A DNA stretch of 64,000 nucleotides, taken from an uncultured delta proteobacterium (GTDB taxonomy: Bacteria > Desulfobacterota > Binatia > HRBIN30 > BPIQ01). Shown piece by piece: positions 9,524 to 20,931 of this stretch. The first letter of the stretch is position 1; each line of letters opens with the position of its first letter. The stretch lies in NCBI GenBank assembly GCA_963761335.1, contig CAVXGR010000021.1:78242-142241 (forward strand), given 5' to 3'. The notes beneath the pieces were generated by a model. That model saw only the letters and a list, made by a program, of their open reading frames with translations. It was not told the origin of the DNA and made no database searches. The translations under genes were made by a program, and so were the position numbers.

Positions 9524-11251
9524 CTAGTGGCCGAGAATCGCCTGCACGACTCGTCTCAGCTCGCCTTCCGGGTCGGGCACCGCTTGTGGGCATCGCCAGG
9601 CGACGATGCGGTCCGGGCGAATGAGCAGGCAACCCCGATCACTCACCTCGCGGGCGCGGATCCATTGGCCGAGGACGTCGTTGTTGCGCTGGCCGAGGCC
9701 GACGATGACCGGCTCGATCCTCACTCCCGTCTGGCGCGCCACCTGCCCGCATGCCTCGGCCCAGGCGGCGCCCTCGGTTCCGATCAGCAGCGTGAAACGG
9801 TCGTAGCCGCAGAGGTCGAGTGTGGAAACGTCCTCGGTGCCGCGCTGCAGCCATACGTGCGGAAGATGGGCGCCGGGATGAGTCGTCGGGCGGTAGTAGA
9901 GCTCCGGGTCGCGCTCGTAGGCGGGGAACGGGGTGCCGTCGCCGACGACGGCATTTGATTCATAGCGCTGGCCGAGCTCGACGCCGTGGGCGTTGAACTG
10001 GCCGTTCATCAGGTCCAGCCCGGCGAGGAGCTCTTCCCTCTGCTTCTCGCCTCCCGGACCGAGAAGGCGGTCGACGGCGGCCATGGCGTCCGGGCGTGAC
10101 TGACCGGGATGAAAGCCCAGCGCACTCATCCATCCACCCATCTCGGCGACACTGCGGTTGGCCCGGTCGACCACCTGTCGTCCTACGGGCTGCCGCTCGG
10201 CGCTGTAGCTGTCGAGCAGTCGATCGTCGGCATGGCCCGCAACCACCAACGCCAGCTTCCACGCCAGGTTGTAGCTGTCCTGAATCGACGTATTGCTTCC
10301 CAGGCCGTTGGCCGGCGGGTGCCGGTGGGCCGCATCGCCGGCGATGAACAGCCGCCCCTCGCGGTAGCGGGAGGCGACGACGTGATTGAACTGCCACTCG
10401 CTGATCTTCTTGATCTTGATGTCCACCGAAGGATCACCGATCGCGGCGCGCACGCGCCGCATGACCGACTCCTCCGACAGATCGCTCGGTTCGAGGCCGG
10501 GGCGCGTGAAGATCGTGCTCCATTCCGTCCACGGCTCGACGCAGGTCCAGATGCTGAGGAGGTCTTCGCCGCCGGGATTGCAGACGAAGAAAAGGGCGCC
10601 GGAGCGGTGCCGGGTGTAGCGAGTGAGGTCGGCCTCGATCCAGACCGTGATCGCATTGCCCAGACCGGCCGCGCCTTCGAGCTCGAAACCCCCTTCCTCG
10701 CCGACGATGGAACGGGCGCCGTCGCAGCCGACGATGTAGCGCGCACTGACCTCGAGCTCCGCGCCGTCGACGCGCCTTCGCACCCGCGCCACGGCGCGGT
10801 CCGCGGTCTGCCGGACCGCGACCACCTCGTGATTGAAGCGGATGTCGGCGCCGAAGCCGCGAGCGGCGTCGAGAAGGATGGGCTCCAGCACGTGCTGGGG
10901 AGCGTTGCACATCTCGCACGGGCTGGCCGAGCGGTAGTCGGCGAGGCGGTCGTCGCCCGTGCCCCAGGTCATCATGCGAGAGAGCTCGCGCCCGGCGAAG
11001 GAGGTGGCGAACACCTGCTTGCCCATCAGATGCTGAGGCAGCGCCCGCTGCTTGACCTGCGGCTCGATTCCCAGGTCGCGAAAGATCTCCACGGCGCGCT
11101 GATTGGTGATGTGGGCCCGCGGCGAGTCGGCGGTGTCGCCGTACTTGGTCAGAGTCACGGACGGCACGCCGCTGCGGGCCAGCAGCGCTGCGGCGGTCAG
11201 CCCGGCGGGGCCGGCGCCGACCACGAGAACATCGGTTTTCACGTCTTCCAC
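9524..11251 (-). CDS. FAD-dependent aromatic-ring monooxygenase (PheA/TfdB-like phenol hydroxylase family)
   Basis: GTG start with an AGGAGG RBS. GXGXXG FAD motif (VLVVGAGPAGLTAAALL). DG motif (CDGARS). GD motif (FIAGDAAHRHPPANGLGSNTSIQD). Total 575 aa. Confidence 0.85.
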   Translation of the reverse strand: MEDVKTDVLVVGAGPAGLTAAALLARSGVPSVTLTKYGDTADSPRAHITNQRAVEIFRDLGIEPQVKQRALPQHLMGKQVFATSFAGRELSRMMTWGTGDDRLADYRSASPCEMCNAPQHVLEPILLDAARGFGADIRFNHEVVAVRQTADRAVARVRRRVDGAELEVSARYIVGCDGARSIVGEEGGFELEGAAGLGNAITVWIEADLTRYTRHRSGALFFVCNPGGEDLLSIWTCVEPWTEWSTIFTRPGLEPSDLSEESVMRRVRAAIGDPSVDIKIKKISEWQFNHVVASRYREGRLFIAGDAAHRHPPANGLGSNTSIQDSYNLAWKLALVVAGHADDRLLDSYSAERQPVGRQVVDRANRSVAEMGGWMSALGFHPGQSRPDAMAAVDRLLGPGGEKQREELLAGLDLMNGQFNAHGVELGQRYESNAVVGDGTPFPAYERDPELYYRPTTHPGAHLPHVWLQRGTEDVSTLDLCGYDRFTLLIGTEGAAWAEACGQVARQTGVRIEPVIVGLGQRNNDVLGQWIRAREVSDRGCLLIRPDRIVAWRCPQAVPDPEGELRRVVQAILGH

Positions 11252-11295
11252 GGCTATCCTCCTGGCCTGCAGCGGCCGTCGCGGCCGCGAGTTTC

Positions 11296-11346
11296 GTTAT
11301 TCAACTGACAAGTAACGGCTTGACGTTCGCTTGTCAAGTGAATAAC
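11296..11346. promoter_or_regulatory. Candidate TetR operator palindrome in the divergent intergenic region
   Basis: GTTATTCAACTGACAAG-N17-CTTGTCAAGTGAATAAC, 14 of 17 arm positions complementary. It sits between the monooxygenase operon start (11251) and the TetR start (11357). Confidence 0.4.
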
Positions 11347-11356
11347 ATAAATTTCC

Positions 11357-11911
11357 ATGAACAGCCGTGACCAACAGCGGGAGCAGACCCGAGAGCGCAT
11401 CATCGAGGCAGCGGCGCGGGCCTTCGCGGAGCACGGCTTTCGCGCCGCCAGCACGCGCGACATCGCCACCCGCGCCGGGGCGAATCAGGGGCTCATCACC
11501 TATCACTTCCGCAGCAAGGAGGAGCTGTGGAAGGCGGCTGCGGGCCGCGTCTTCGGGATTCTCCAGGGCAGCTTCGAGCGCTCGACCGACGGCGGCGCGG
11601 CGAAGGACCCGCGCGAGCCGGCGCGCGCGGCGATCCGCCAGTACGTGCGCTTCGCGGCGGCGCACCCGGAGCTATTCCGACTGATGGTCGACGAGGGCAA
11701 GAACAAGGAAGCGCGGATGCGCTGGCTCGTCGATACCCATTTGAAGCCACTCTACGCGTCCTTCGAGCGGCTGGTGCGCAGGTACAATCCGCAGATGGAC
11801 GGCGCCCTGATTCCGCACGCCTACTACGCCCTGGCCGGCGCCGGGTCTCTGATCTTCGCTGTGGCCCCCGAGTGCCGCCGTCTCACCGGCGTCGACCCGA
11901 GCCCGCGCTAG
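11357..11911 (+). CDS. TetR/AcrR family transcriptional regulator
   Basis: N-terminal HTH (RERIIEAAARAFAEHGFRAASTRDIATRAGANQGLITYHF). Transcribed divergently from the monooxygenase-GST-AhpD-NnrU string. Confidence 0.85.
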   Translation: MNSRDQQREQTRERIIEAAARAFAEHGFRAASTRDIATRAGANQGLITYHFRSKEELWKAAAGRVFGILQGSFERSTDGGAAKDPREPARAAIRQYVRFAAAHPELFRLMVDEGKNKEARMRWLVDTHLKPLYASFERLVRRYNPQMDGALIPHAYYALAGAGSLIFAVAPECRRLTGVDPSPR

Positions 11912-11961
11912 TAGCCGTCGAGGTGCACGCCGAGTTCGTCGCTCGACTCCTCGTCCCGTAG

Positions 11962-12173
11962 ACCAACCCGCCAACCCGCTCACCATCCGCAGTGCTCCTC
12001 GGCGCGCTCGGCGATGCCGAGCAGCGCCAGACCATCGAGCTTGCCTACTTTGGGGGCCTGAGTCATACGGAGATAGCGCTGAAGCTTGGACAGCCCATTG
12101 GGAACGGTGAAGACGCGCATCCGCACCGCGATGATGCACCTGCGAGCCGCACTCGGCCGCTTGGAAGCGTCGC
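11962..12173 (+). pseudogene. ECF (sigma-70 family) sigma factor remnant: region 4 only, 5'-truncated and frameshifted
   Basis: Frame 1 encodes ...RQTIELAYFGGLSHTEIALKLGQPIG and frame 2 continues ...LGTVKTRIRTAMMHLRAAL, which is a classic sigma region 4.2 HTH. No region 2 is present upstream, since the TetR stop lies at 11911. Confidence 0.5.
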
Positions 12174-12308
12174 CGGCGGCGGTCGGGAAGGGGCGGGGCC
12201 TGGCGGACCACGACCCGCCGGCCGACCACCGCGAACGCGCCTCCTCGAGCGAACGGCCCGCGGCCCGATCACTGGGTCGTCGAGGGGGGAGAGGACATCG
12301 ACCTCGCC

Positions 12309-12863
12309 ATGAAGCTGGCGTCGCTCTGCTGCACCGGCGTATCGGTGCGGCGCACCGCGCCGGAGGCGACCGCCACCTCGGAGGTGGCGACCTTGGACAT
12401 ATCCGGAGAATGTCACTGGCCCGACGGCATCGGTCTGCTCGCCACTCTCGCGGTCACGCCGCGAGAGGGCTCTCCCTCGACGCGGCGAGTGCTCGACTTC
12501 GGGCCCTCTGCATACGCGGTTCCCGGTGCAATCGTTCGCGATCTGCACATCGGCGCCCTGCGATCTCTGCGAATCACTTGGGAGGGCGTCCTCGTTCCTC
12601 TGCTTCCGGGAGCGCAGGCGATTGCCTTGGTCGTGCAGCGAGGACACGGCAAGCTGCGCATTGGCAGCAGTGAAGTGGACGCCCACGACGCAGGCAATTC
12701 GACCTTTCGAGGCGAGATCGAGGCCGCCATCGACGGGCCGGTGCCGATCTCCGTCGAGGTCGAGACCTCGAGCACCGCCCTGCCGGTGCCCCGTCTCTAT
12801 TGGCGCCGGGGAGACTCTCCGCCGTCTCCGGTGCCGCCGTGGGCACTGCGCCCATCACCGTGA
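12309..12863 (+). CDS. Hypothetical protein (possibly an anti-sigma remnant); weak call
   Basis: 184-aa ORF downstream of the sigma remnant. Not low-complexity, but I recognise no family. Confidence 0.25.
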   Translation: MKLASLCCTGVSVRRTAPEATATSEVATLDISGECHWPDGIGLLATLAVTPREGSPSTRRVLDFGPSAYAVPGAIVRDLHIGALRSLRITWEGVLVPLLPGAQAIALVVQRGHGKLRIGSSEVDAHDAGNSTFRGEIEAAIDGPVPISVEVETSSTALPVPRLYWRRGDSPPSPVPPWALRPSP

Positions 12864-12975
12864 TCGACGACCCGAGCCGCGGCGCCGCCGCCGTGATTCC
12901 GGGCCTCCGCCGCCTCGCGGCCGATTGACACTGCCCCTGCCGGGACCATACACCCTCGGCGGGGAGGCAAGACCA

Positions 12976-14013
12976 ATGCGATTCGGATTGAACGTCGGTT
13001 ACTCGGGCTCGCGCCTGGCGATCAACATGGAGCTGATCAAGGAGGCCGACCGTCTCGGCTTCCATTCGGTGTGGGCGGCCGAGGCCTATGGCTCCGATGC
13101 GGTGACGCCGCTGGCGTGGATCGCCGGGCAGACGGAGCGCATCCACGTGGGCACGGCCATCATGCAGATGCCGGCGCGCTCGCCGGCGATGACCGCGATG
13201 ACGGCGACGACTCTCGATCAGCTCTCGGGTGGCCGCTTCCTGCTCGGCCTCGGCGTCTCCGGCCCGCAGGTGGTCGAAGGATGGCACGGCGTTCCCTACG
13301 GCAAGCCTCTGCGGCGCACGCGCGAGTACGTCGAGATCGTCCGTTCCATCTGGGCGCGCGAGAAGCCCCTCGAGCACCAGGGAGAGCACTATCAGATCCC
13401 CAATCGCAGCGCGGGCACGACGGGCCTCGGCAAGCCGCTGAAGAGCATTCTGCACGGGCGACAGATTCCCATCTACATCGCCGCCACCGGCTTGAAGAGC
13501 GTGGCGCAGACGGCCGAGATCGCCGACGGCTGGTTGCCGATCTTCTTCTCGCCGTTCCGGGCCCCCGGGGTCTATCGCGAGGCCCTGGAGTCGGGATTTT
13601 CCCGCGCCGGTGGTGGCAAGGGTCTCGATCAGTTCGACATCGCCGCCAGCCCGACGGTGATCATCGGTGACGACGTGGCGCTCTGCCTGCGCTTCATCAA
13701 GCCCGTCCTCGCCCTGTACGTCGGCGGCATGGGGGCCCGCGGCAAGAACTTCTACAACGACCTCGCCTGCCGCTACGGCTTCGAGGCGGCGGCGGCGAAG
13801 ATCCAGGACCTCTATCTGGACGGCAAGAAGGACGAGGCGGCGGCGGCCGTACCCGACGAGCTCGCCGACGAGGTGGCGCTGGTCGGTCCCAAGGAGCGCA
13901 TTCGCGAGCGCCTCGGCGCCTGGCGCGAGTCCGGGGTGACGACGATGATCTGCGGCATTCCACCGGTGAACTCCGTCGACACGCTGCGCACCATCGCCGA
14001 GGTCGCCATGTAG
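12976..14013 (+). CDS. LLM-class (luciferase-like) F420-dependent oxidoreductase
   Basis: [24 protein letters not shown]...[16 protein letters not shown]... matches the luciferase-like monooxygenase fold family. Only the C-terminal ~345 aa of the 495-aa ORF are genuine. Confidence 0.85.
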   Translation: MRFGLNVGYSGSRLAINMELIKEADRLGFHSVWAAEAYGSDAVTPLAWIAGQTERIHVGTAIMQMPARSPAMTAMTATTLDQLSGGRFLLGLGVSGPQVVEGWHGVPYGKPLRRTREYVEIVRSIWAREKPLEHQGEHYQIPNRSAGTTGLGKPLKSILHGRQIPIYIAATGLKSVAQTAEIADGWLPIFFSPFRAPGVYREALESGFSRAGGGKGLDQFDIAASPTVIIGDDVALCLRFIKPVLALYVGGMGARGKNFYNDLACRYGFEAAAAKIQDLYLDGKKDEAAAAVPDELADEVALVGPKERIRERLGAWRESGVTTMICGIPPVNSVDTLRTIAEVAM

Positions 14014-14048
14014 AGGGGGCTCCGCCCCGTGCGCCGATGCCGTCTGCG

Positions 14049-14396
14049 TCAGCGCCCGTGGGTGTACTTGATGATCTCGGCGTGCTCGAGGGTAACCAGG
14101 CCGCCGCCCCCGGCCGCCTCCATGAGCGTGTCGAGGTGCGGCAGGGCGTCGCGGATCTTCTCCTCCGTATCGACGATCTCGATGAGCACCGGCAGATCCT
14201 CGGAGAGGCGGAGGATCTTGGCGGTGTGAATCCGGCTGGCGGCGCCGTAGCCCTCGATGCCGCGCCAGACGGTGGCCCCGGCGAGCCCGAGCTCGCGCGC
14301 CTTGAGGACGATCGCCTCGAACAGCGGCCGGCCCTCGGCTTGGTCGGATTCGCCGACGAAGATGCGGAGCAACTTGCCATTTCCCGAGATCTTCAC
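14049..14396 (-). CDS. DUF190 (PII-like) protein commonly linked to crcB
   Basis: 115 aa (MKISGNGKLLRIFVGESD...). Lies immediately downstream of crcB on the same strand. Confidence 0.8.
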   Translation of the reverse strand: MKISGNGKLLRIFVGESDQAEGRPLFEAIVLKARELGLAGATVWRGIEGYGAASRIHTAKILRLSEDLPVLIEIVDTEEKIRDALPHLDTLMEAAGGGGLVTLEHAEIIKYTHGR

Positions 14397-14412
14397 GGCT
14401 ACGGCTCCTCTC

Positions 14413-14787
14413 TCAGAGAATGCGGATCATCAGCGCTCCGAGCCAGACGCCGAGCAGGCAGAGCGCCATGGTGGTGGCGGCGTTGAGCAGACCCAGGAAG
14501 GCGCTGCCGTCGCGCAGCAGGGCGATGGTCTCGTAGCTGAAGGTCGACATGGTCGTGAAGCCGCCGCAGAAGCCGACGGCGAGGCAGAGGCGCATGTTCG
14601 GTCCGAGCAGCGCGCGCTCCAGCGACAGCGCCATGAGAAGACCGAGAATGAAGCTGCCGGCGACGTTGACCGCCAGCGTGCCCAGCGGGAACTGCGATCC
14701 CTGCGCCTGCTGCACCAGCCCGGCGACCCAGTAGCGTCCCACCGATCCGAAGAAGCCGCCGAGGCCGACGAGAAGGGCGCGCGTCAT
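14413..14787 (-). CDS. crcB: Fluoride ion channel CrcB/Fluc
   Basis: 124 aa with four TM segments and the CrcB signature GFCGGFTTMSTFSYE. The start at 14787 was checked against the sequence (CAT on the plus strand). Confidence 0.9.
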   Translation of the reverse strand: MTRALLVGLGGFFGSVGRYWVAGLVQQAQGSQFPLGTLAVNVAGSFILGLLMALSLERALLGPNMRLCLAVGFCGGFTTMSTFSYETIALLRDGSAFLGLLNAATTMALCLLGVWLGALMIRIL

Positions 14788-14846
14788 GCCCCACGCAAAG
14801 CACAGCGGCTTGTACCCGGCAAGTGTCTCGGTGGGCTCGCCTCCGA

Positions 14847-16535
14847 CTAGCGAACCTCGACCGGGAGCCGCAGCTCGGCGTTGCCGAAGGCGCCCTGATC
14901 GATGCTGCGCACCTGCACGACGCGGAAGATCAGCTCGGCGCTGCCGCGGCGCGATGGCGGGGGAATGGCGGCGGTGAGGTCGATCTGATCGCCGGCTCCG
15001 AGGTTCTTGGGGAGCATGGTCACCGCCACCTCGTCGGCGATCACGGCCACCACCTCGACCTGCAGATAGCCGTAGTCGCTGAAGGCCGGCCAGCTGGCTG
15101 TTCCCTGGTTGGTCAGCAGCAGTCGTAGCTGCGAGCCCTGTCCCCGGTGCAGCGTCATCGGTGTCGACTGCGGTGCGGCGAGCTCGACCCGGCCGTCGAG
15201 CTCCGCTTCTCTCAGGGGGCGCAGGTATGCGGGCTCGGGTCGGGTGAATACCTGCCACAGCAGCGGCGCCAGCTGGGTGCCGTGCCAGCCGTCGCGGGCG
15301 GCCCGCAACACCTGCCAGTCGCCCCATTGCCAGGCGCGCTCCGGTGCCCGGTCGATGGTGATCGGCGTGCGGTTCCAGGAGTTGGCGTCGAAGTAGACGC
15401 CGATCGCCTGCACGCCGACGCTCCAGACGAGCAGGACAACCAGCAAGGCGCGGCCAGCCGCGGAGCGCCACAAGCGCTGCGCGGTGTCCGCGCCGAGGAG
15501 GGCGGCGGCGGGTAGAATGTCGACCAGGAAGCGCGGCCCATAGGTCTCGCCGGCCCACCAATAGTGAAACGAGGAGTAGAAGAGAAGGTAGAGGCCGATG
15601 CCGGCGGCGGCGTAGACGATCCAGGGCGGCTGCAAGCGCCGCCAGCGGAACATCGGCGGGATTGCCAGGGCGACCACCGGTGAGAAGACCAGCAGGCCGC
15701 GGTTGGCGCTGAACAGCAGGCCGAAGGTGCGCTCCAGGCTCGGAGTCTCCGGCAGGCTGCGGTAGCCGCCGCGCACGCCGCCGAGACTGCCGAGGTTGTA
15801 GAGGAGCAGCACTGTGGCGCCGGCGAGGGCCGGCAGGATGAAGATCGGCAGCCAGCTGCGGCGGTGGCGCATCACGAAGACCGTGGCCACCACCGCGAAG
15901 ATCACCATGGTCGGCCGCGCCATGGCGCCGTAGGTGGCGAAGATGGCGGCGCCGGCCGCCATCCACAGCGACGGGGGTTGCAGCAGGCAGAGGCTGAGAC
16001 CCGCCAGGCTGAGCTCAGCCGAAGCGTGCTGCCAGAGTGTCTGGCTGCTGATCACCCAGGTGCTGGTGGCAAAGGCGTAGCCCACGGCAACTGCTGCGGC
16101 CCAGCCCGGTGAGGTGATCGCGCACAGCGCCAGGAACAGCAGCGCCACCGAGGCGGCGGTGATCGCTGCGGCGCCGACGCGGTCCATGACCGCCGCCACC
16201 AGCCGAAACGCCACTCGCTGGTCGTCGACGTGGTGGGCGCGCAGCCATGCCACCGCCGGCAGATACAGCGGCGTGATCAACACCGGGGTGGCCACCGGGT
16301 ACTTGGACATCCAGTGCCCACCGCGGGATTGCTTGAGGAAGTACGGCACGGCGGGTTGTCGCAGCCATGCGAACTCGTCGAGGTCGAGGTTGCCCTGGCG
16401 CAGCAAGCTGAAGGGGAGCAGGCGCGTCGGCAGCGAGTCCCAGGTGGTGGCCGGCCGCAGGTTGCCCACATAGACGAGAAAGCAGAGGCCTCCCAGAGCC
16501 AGAGCGACAGCGCATCGGCGCAACGGGTTCATCAT
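14847..16535 (-). CDS. Polytopic membrane protein, GT-C-fold glycosyltransferase-like (PMT/ArnT-like), with a C-terminal extracytoplasmic domain
   Basis: Start at MMNPLRR (16535). About 11 hydrophobic helices and then a roughly 170-aa soluble tail. The function is inferred from topology only. Confidence 0.6.
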   Translation of the reverse strand: MMNPLRRCAVALALGGLCFLVYVGNLRPATTWDSLPTRLLPFSLLRQGNLDLDEFAWLRQPAVPYFLKQSRGGHWMSKYPVATPVLITPLYLPAVAWLRAHHVDDQRVAFRLVAAVMDRVGAAAITAASVALLFLALCAITSPGWAAAVAVGYAFATSTWVISSQTLWQHASAELSLAGLSLCLLQPPSLWMAAGAAIFATYGAMARPTMVIFAVVATVFVMRHRRSWLPIFILPALAGATVLLLYNLGSLGGVRGGYRSLPETPSLERTFGLLFSANRGLLVFSPVVALAIPPMFRWRRLQPPWIVYAAAGIGLYLLFYSSFHYWWAGETYGPRFLVDILPAAALLGADTAQRLWRSAAGRALLVVLLVWSVGVQAIGVYFDANSWNRTPITIDRAPERAWQWGDWQVLRAARDGWHGTQLAPLLWQVFTRPEPAYLRPLREAELDGRVELAAPQSTPMTLHRGQGSQLRLLLTNQGTASWPAFSDYGYLQVEVVAVIADEVAVTMLPKNLGAGDQIDLTAAIPPPSRRGSAELIFRVVQVRSIDQGAFGNAELRLPVEVR

Positions 16536-16666
16536 TTTCAAGCCCGGCGGCGTATCACAATGGCTCCGCTCGCCCCAACCGGCGTCACAGCCGGGGGGAC
16601 ACCGGGGACAGCCGTTGACTCCCCAGGTCGATTTCATTAGCCTTAACATGCTCTCTACAAAACGGC

Positions 16667-17272
16667 ATGTCGCAAGAGCATCAACCGGAGCTGCAGGACG
16701 CGCGCGAGAAGATTCTCACCATCGCCTGCCGACTGTTTTCGCAGCAGGGGTACGAGAGCACCTCGCTCTCCCAGGTCGCCAAGGAGGCCAAGGTCAGCAA
16801 GGCACTGATCTTCTGGCACTTCGACACCAAGGAGAAGCTCTTCGAGACGGCGCTGCGAAATATACTGGAGCCCTACTTCATCAGCATGGACGAGCTCGAG
16901 GGGCTGGACGAGCAGACGCAGATCAGCTCTCTCATCGACGAGTTCTACGCCTTCGTTCGCGACAACGTCTACTCGGTCCGCTTCTTCCTGAGCCTCATGC
17001 TGCGCGACGAGAAGGAGCCCGGCGACATCCTCGCCCGCATCAGCCAGCTCCACGATCTGTTCCGCGACCTGATTGCCGACATCATCGAGCGCGGCCAGCG
17101 CAAGGGAACCTTCCGCGGCAGCGACTCACCGCGCCAGGACGCGACCCTGATCATGGCCACGCTTGCCGGCATCCTGGTCCAACAGTTCATCAGCGACGAC
17201 TATCGGGGCGATCAGAAGGCGATACTCGATCATCTGAAGAAGAGCGTCTTTCAACGCCTCGGAATCAGCTGA
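16667..17272 (+). CDS. TetR family transcriptional regulator
   Basis: HTH region REKILTIACRLFSQQGYESTSLSQVAKEAKVSKALIFWHF. Divergent from the GT-C/crcB operon. Confidence 0.85.
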   Translation: MSQEHQPELQDAREKILTIACRLFSQQGYESTSLSQVAKEAKVSKALIFWHFDTKEKLFETALRNILEPYFISMDELEGLDEQTQISSLIDEFYAFVRDNVYSVRFFLSLMLRDEKEPGDILARISQLHDLFRDLIADIIERGQRKGTFRGSDSPRQDATLIMATLAGILVQQFISDDYRGDQKAILDHLKKSVFQRLGIS

Positions 17273-17376
17273 GATCAGTATCTCGGTGGATCAGTGTCTC
17301 GTACTCAGTATCTCAGTGTCTCGGTCATTTGAACTGAGCCACTGAGTTACTGAGCCACTGCTTCTTCCGCCGCCAC

Positions 17377-17403
17377 CGCGGGGCGCCCGAAGGCGCCCCG
17401 CGC
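17377..17403. terminator. GC-rich hairpin (GCGGGGCGCC-cgaa-GGCGCCCCGC) between the convergent TetR and nrdJ
   Basis: Perfect 10-bp stem seen directly. It is preceded by short tandem repeats (CAGTATCTC, ACTGAGCCACTG) at 17273-17360. Confidence 0.4.
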
Positions 17404-17527
17404 CGGATGGATCCGGCCGCCACACCCCAACCGCCGAGAAAGCCGTCGCCTCACCACCGCACCACCCCGCGACCTTCTCTCTCAAACCGGATCACCACCT
17501 CGGAGCCCGAGGACTCGTGAGGCTCTG

Positions 17528-20257
<2,730 letters not shown>

Positions 20258-20473
20258 CGCCGCCCCTCCTCGATGTTGTGGTGTCCCGCTATATGCCCCA
20301 CTATATCCTGTGGTGTCAAGGGATTTCTTCATGAGCCCGATTGTAGGCGAAGAGTGGGCGAAATTCGAGACTCTCGGGCGCGGTTGTCGGGCCCGGGCGC
20401 GGGTGATAGGCCGGCGCCGATGGCGAGACCAAAGGGACAGCTGTCGCGCGCCGGCGACACTCTGGGAGGGGTG

Positions 20474-20914
20474 ATGCGGCGCATCGATCCGGACCGCCGC
20501 ATCGAGGTCTATCGCCTGTGGAGCTTCTGGGATGAGGTGGTCGGCGAGGGCATCGCGCGCCGCGCGCAGCCGCAGCGGATGCGCGATCGCGTTCTCGTCG
20601 TCGCCGTCTCCAGCCACACCTGGATGCAGGAGCTGCAGTTCTTGAAGGAGAACATTCGCGAGCGCCTCAACCAGCGCCTCGGCGCACCCCTGATCGAGGA
20701 TCTGCGTCTGGTCTCGGGCAGTGTCAGGCAGCCGCCGGCGCGCAGCGAGGCGGCGGCGCCGCCGCCGGTCGCTGTCCCCGAGCTGCCGAAGACGGGATCC
20801 GCGGAGCTCGACGCGGCGCTGGCGCGGGTGGCGCACGCCTGCGCTCGCCGCCAGGCGGAGAGCCTGGCGGCGCGCAAGCCGAAGCCGAGAAAAGGGCGCC
20901 GGCGGTCCTCCTGA
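20474..20914 (+). CDS. DUF721 (DciA-like) protein
   Basis: GGGAGGG RBS. MRRIDPDRRIEVYRLWSFWDEVVGEGIARRAQPQRMRDRVLVVAVSSHTWMQELQF matches the DUF721/DciA pattern. Confidence 0.7.
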   Translation: MRRIDPDRRIEVYRLWSFWDEVVGEGIARRAQPQRMRDRVLVVAVSSHTWMQELQFLKENIRERLNQRLGAPLIEDLRLVSGSVRQPPARSEAAAPPPVAVPELPKTGSAELDAALARVAHACARRQAESLAARKPKPRKGRRRSS

Positions 20915-20931
20915 GCGGCGCCGCCGCTCTC

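Noticed and set aside
7339-11308. Several 300-575-aa ORFs on the opposite strand or in alternative frames of NnrU, AhpD-like, GST and the monooxygenase (7339..8406 minus, 8052..9500 plus, 10109..11308 plus)
   Set aside because: Low-complexity Arg/Ala/Gly-rich translations. The selected frames carry family signatures (ITRHPLF, CRYCQAHT, GST fold, GXGXXG).
14788-14846. Possible fluoride riboswitch in the 59-nt gap upstream of crcB
   Set aside because: The minus-strand sequence (UCGGAGGCGAGCCCACCGAGACACUUGCCGGGUACAAGCCGCUGUGCUUUGCGUGGGGC) lacks the GGnGAUGG ... AAACCGCC ... CUnAUGAnnCCUAC cores.
16536-16666. ACATGC-N13-GCATGT and TTGAC...GTCGA motifs as an operator for the second TetR
   Set aside because: The arms are only 5-6 bp and could arise by chance, so I kept no feature call. 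I mention it only as a possible site.
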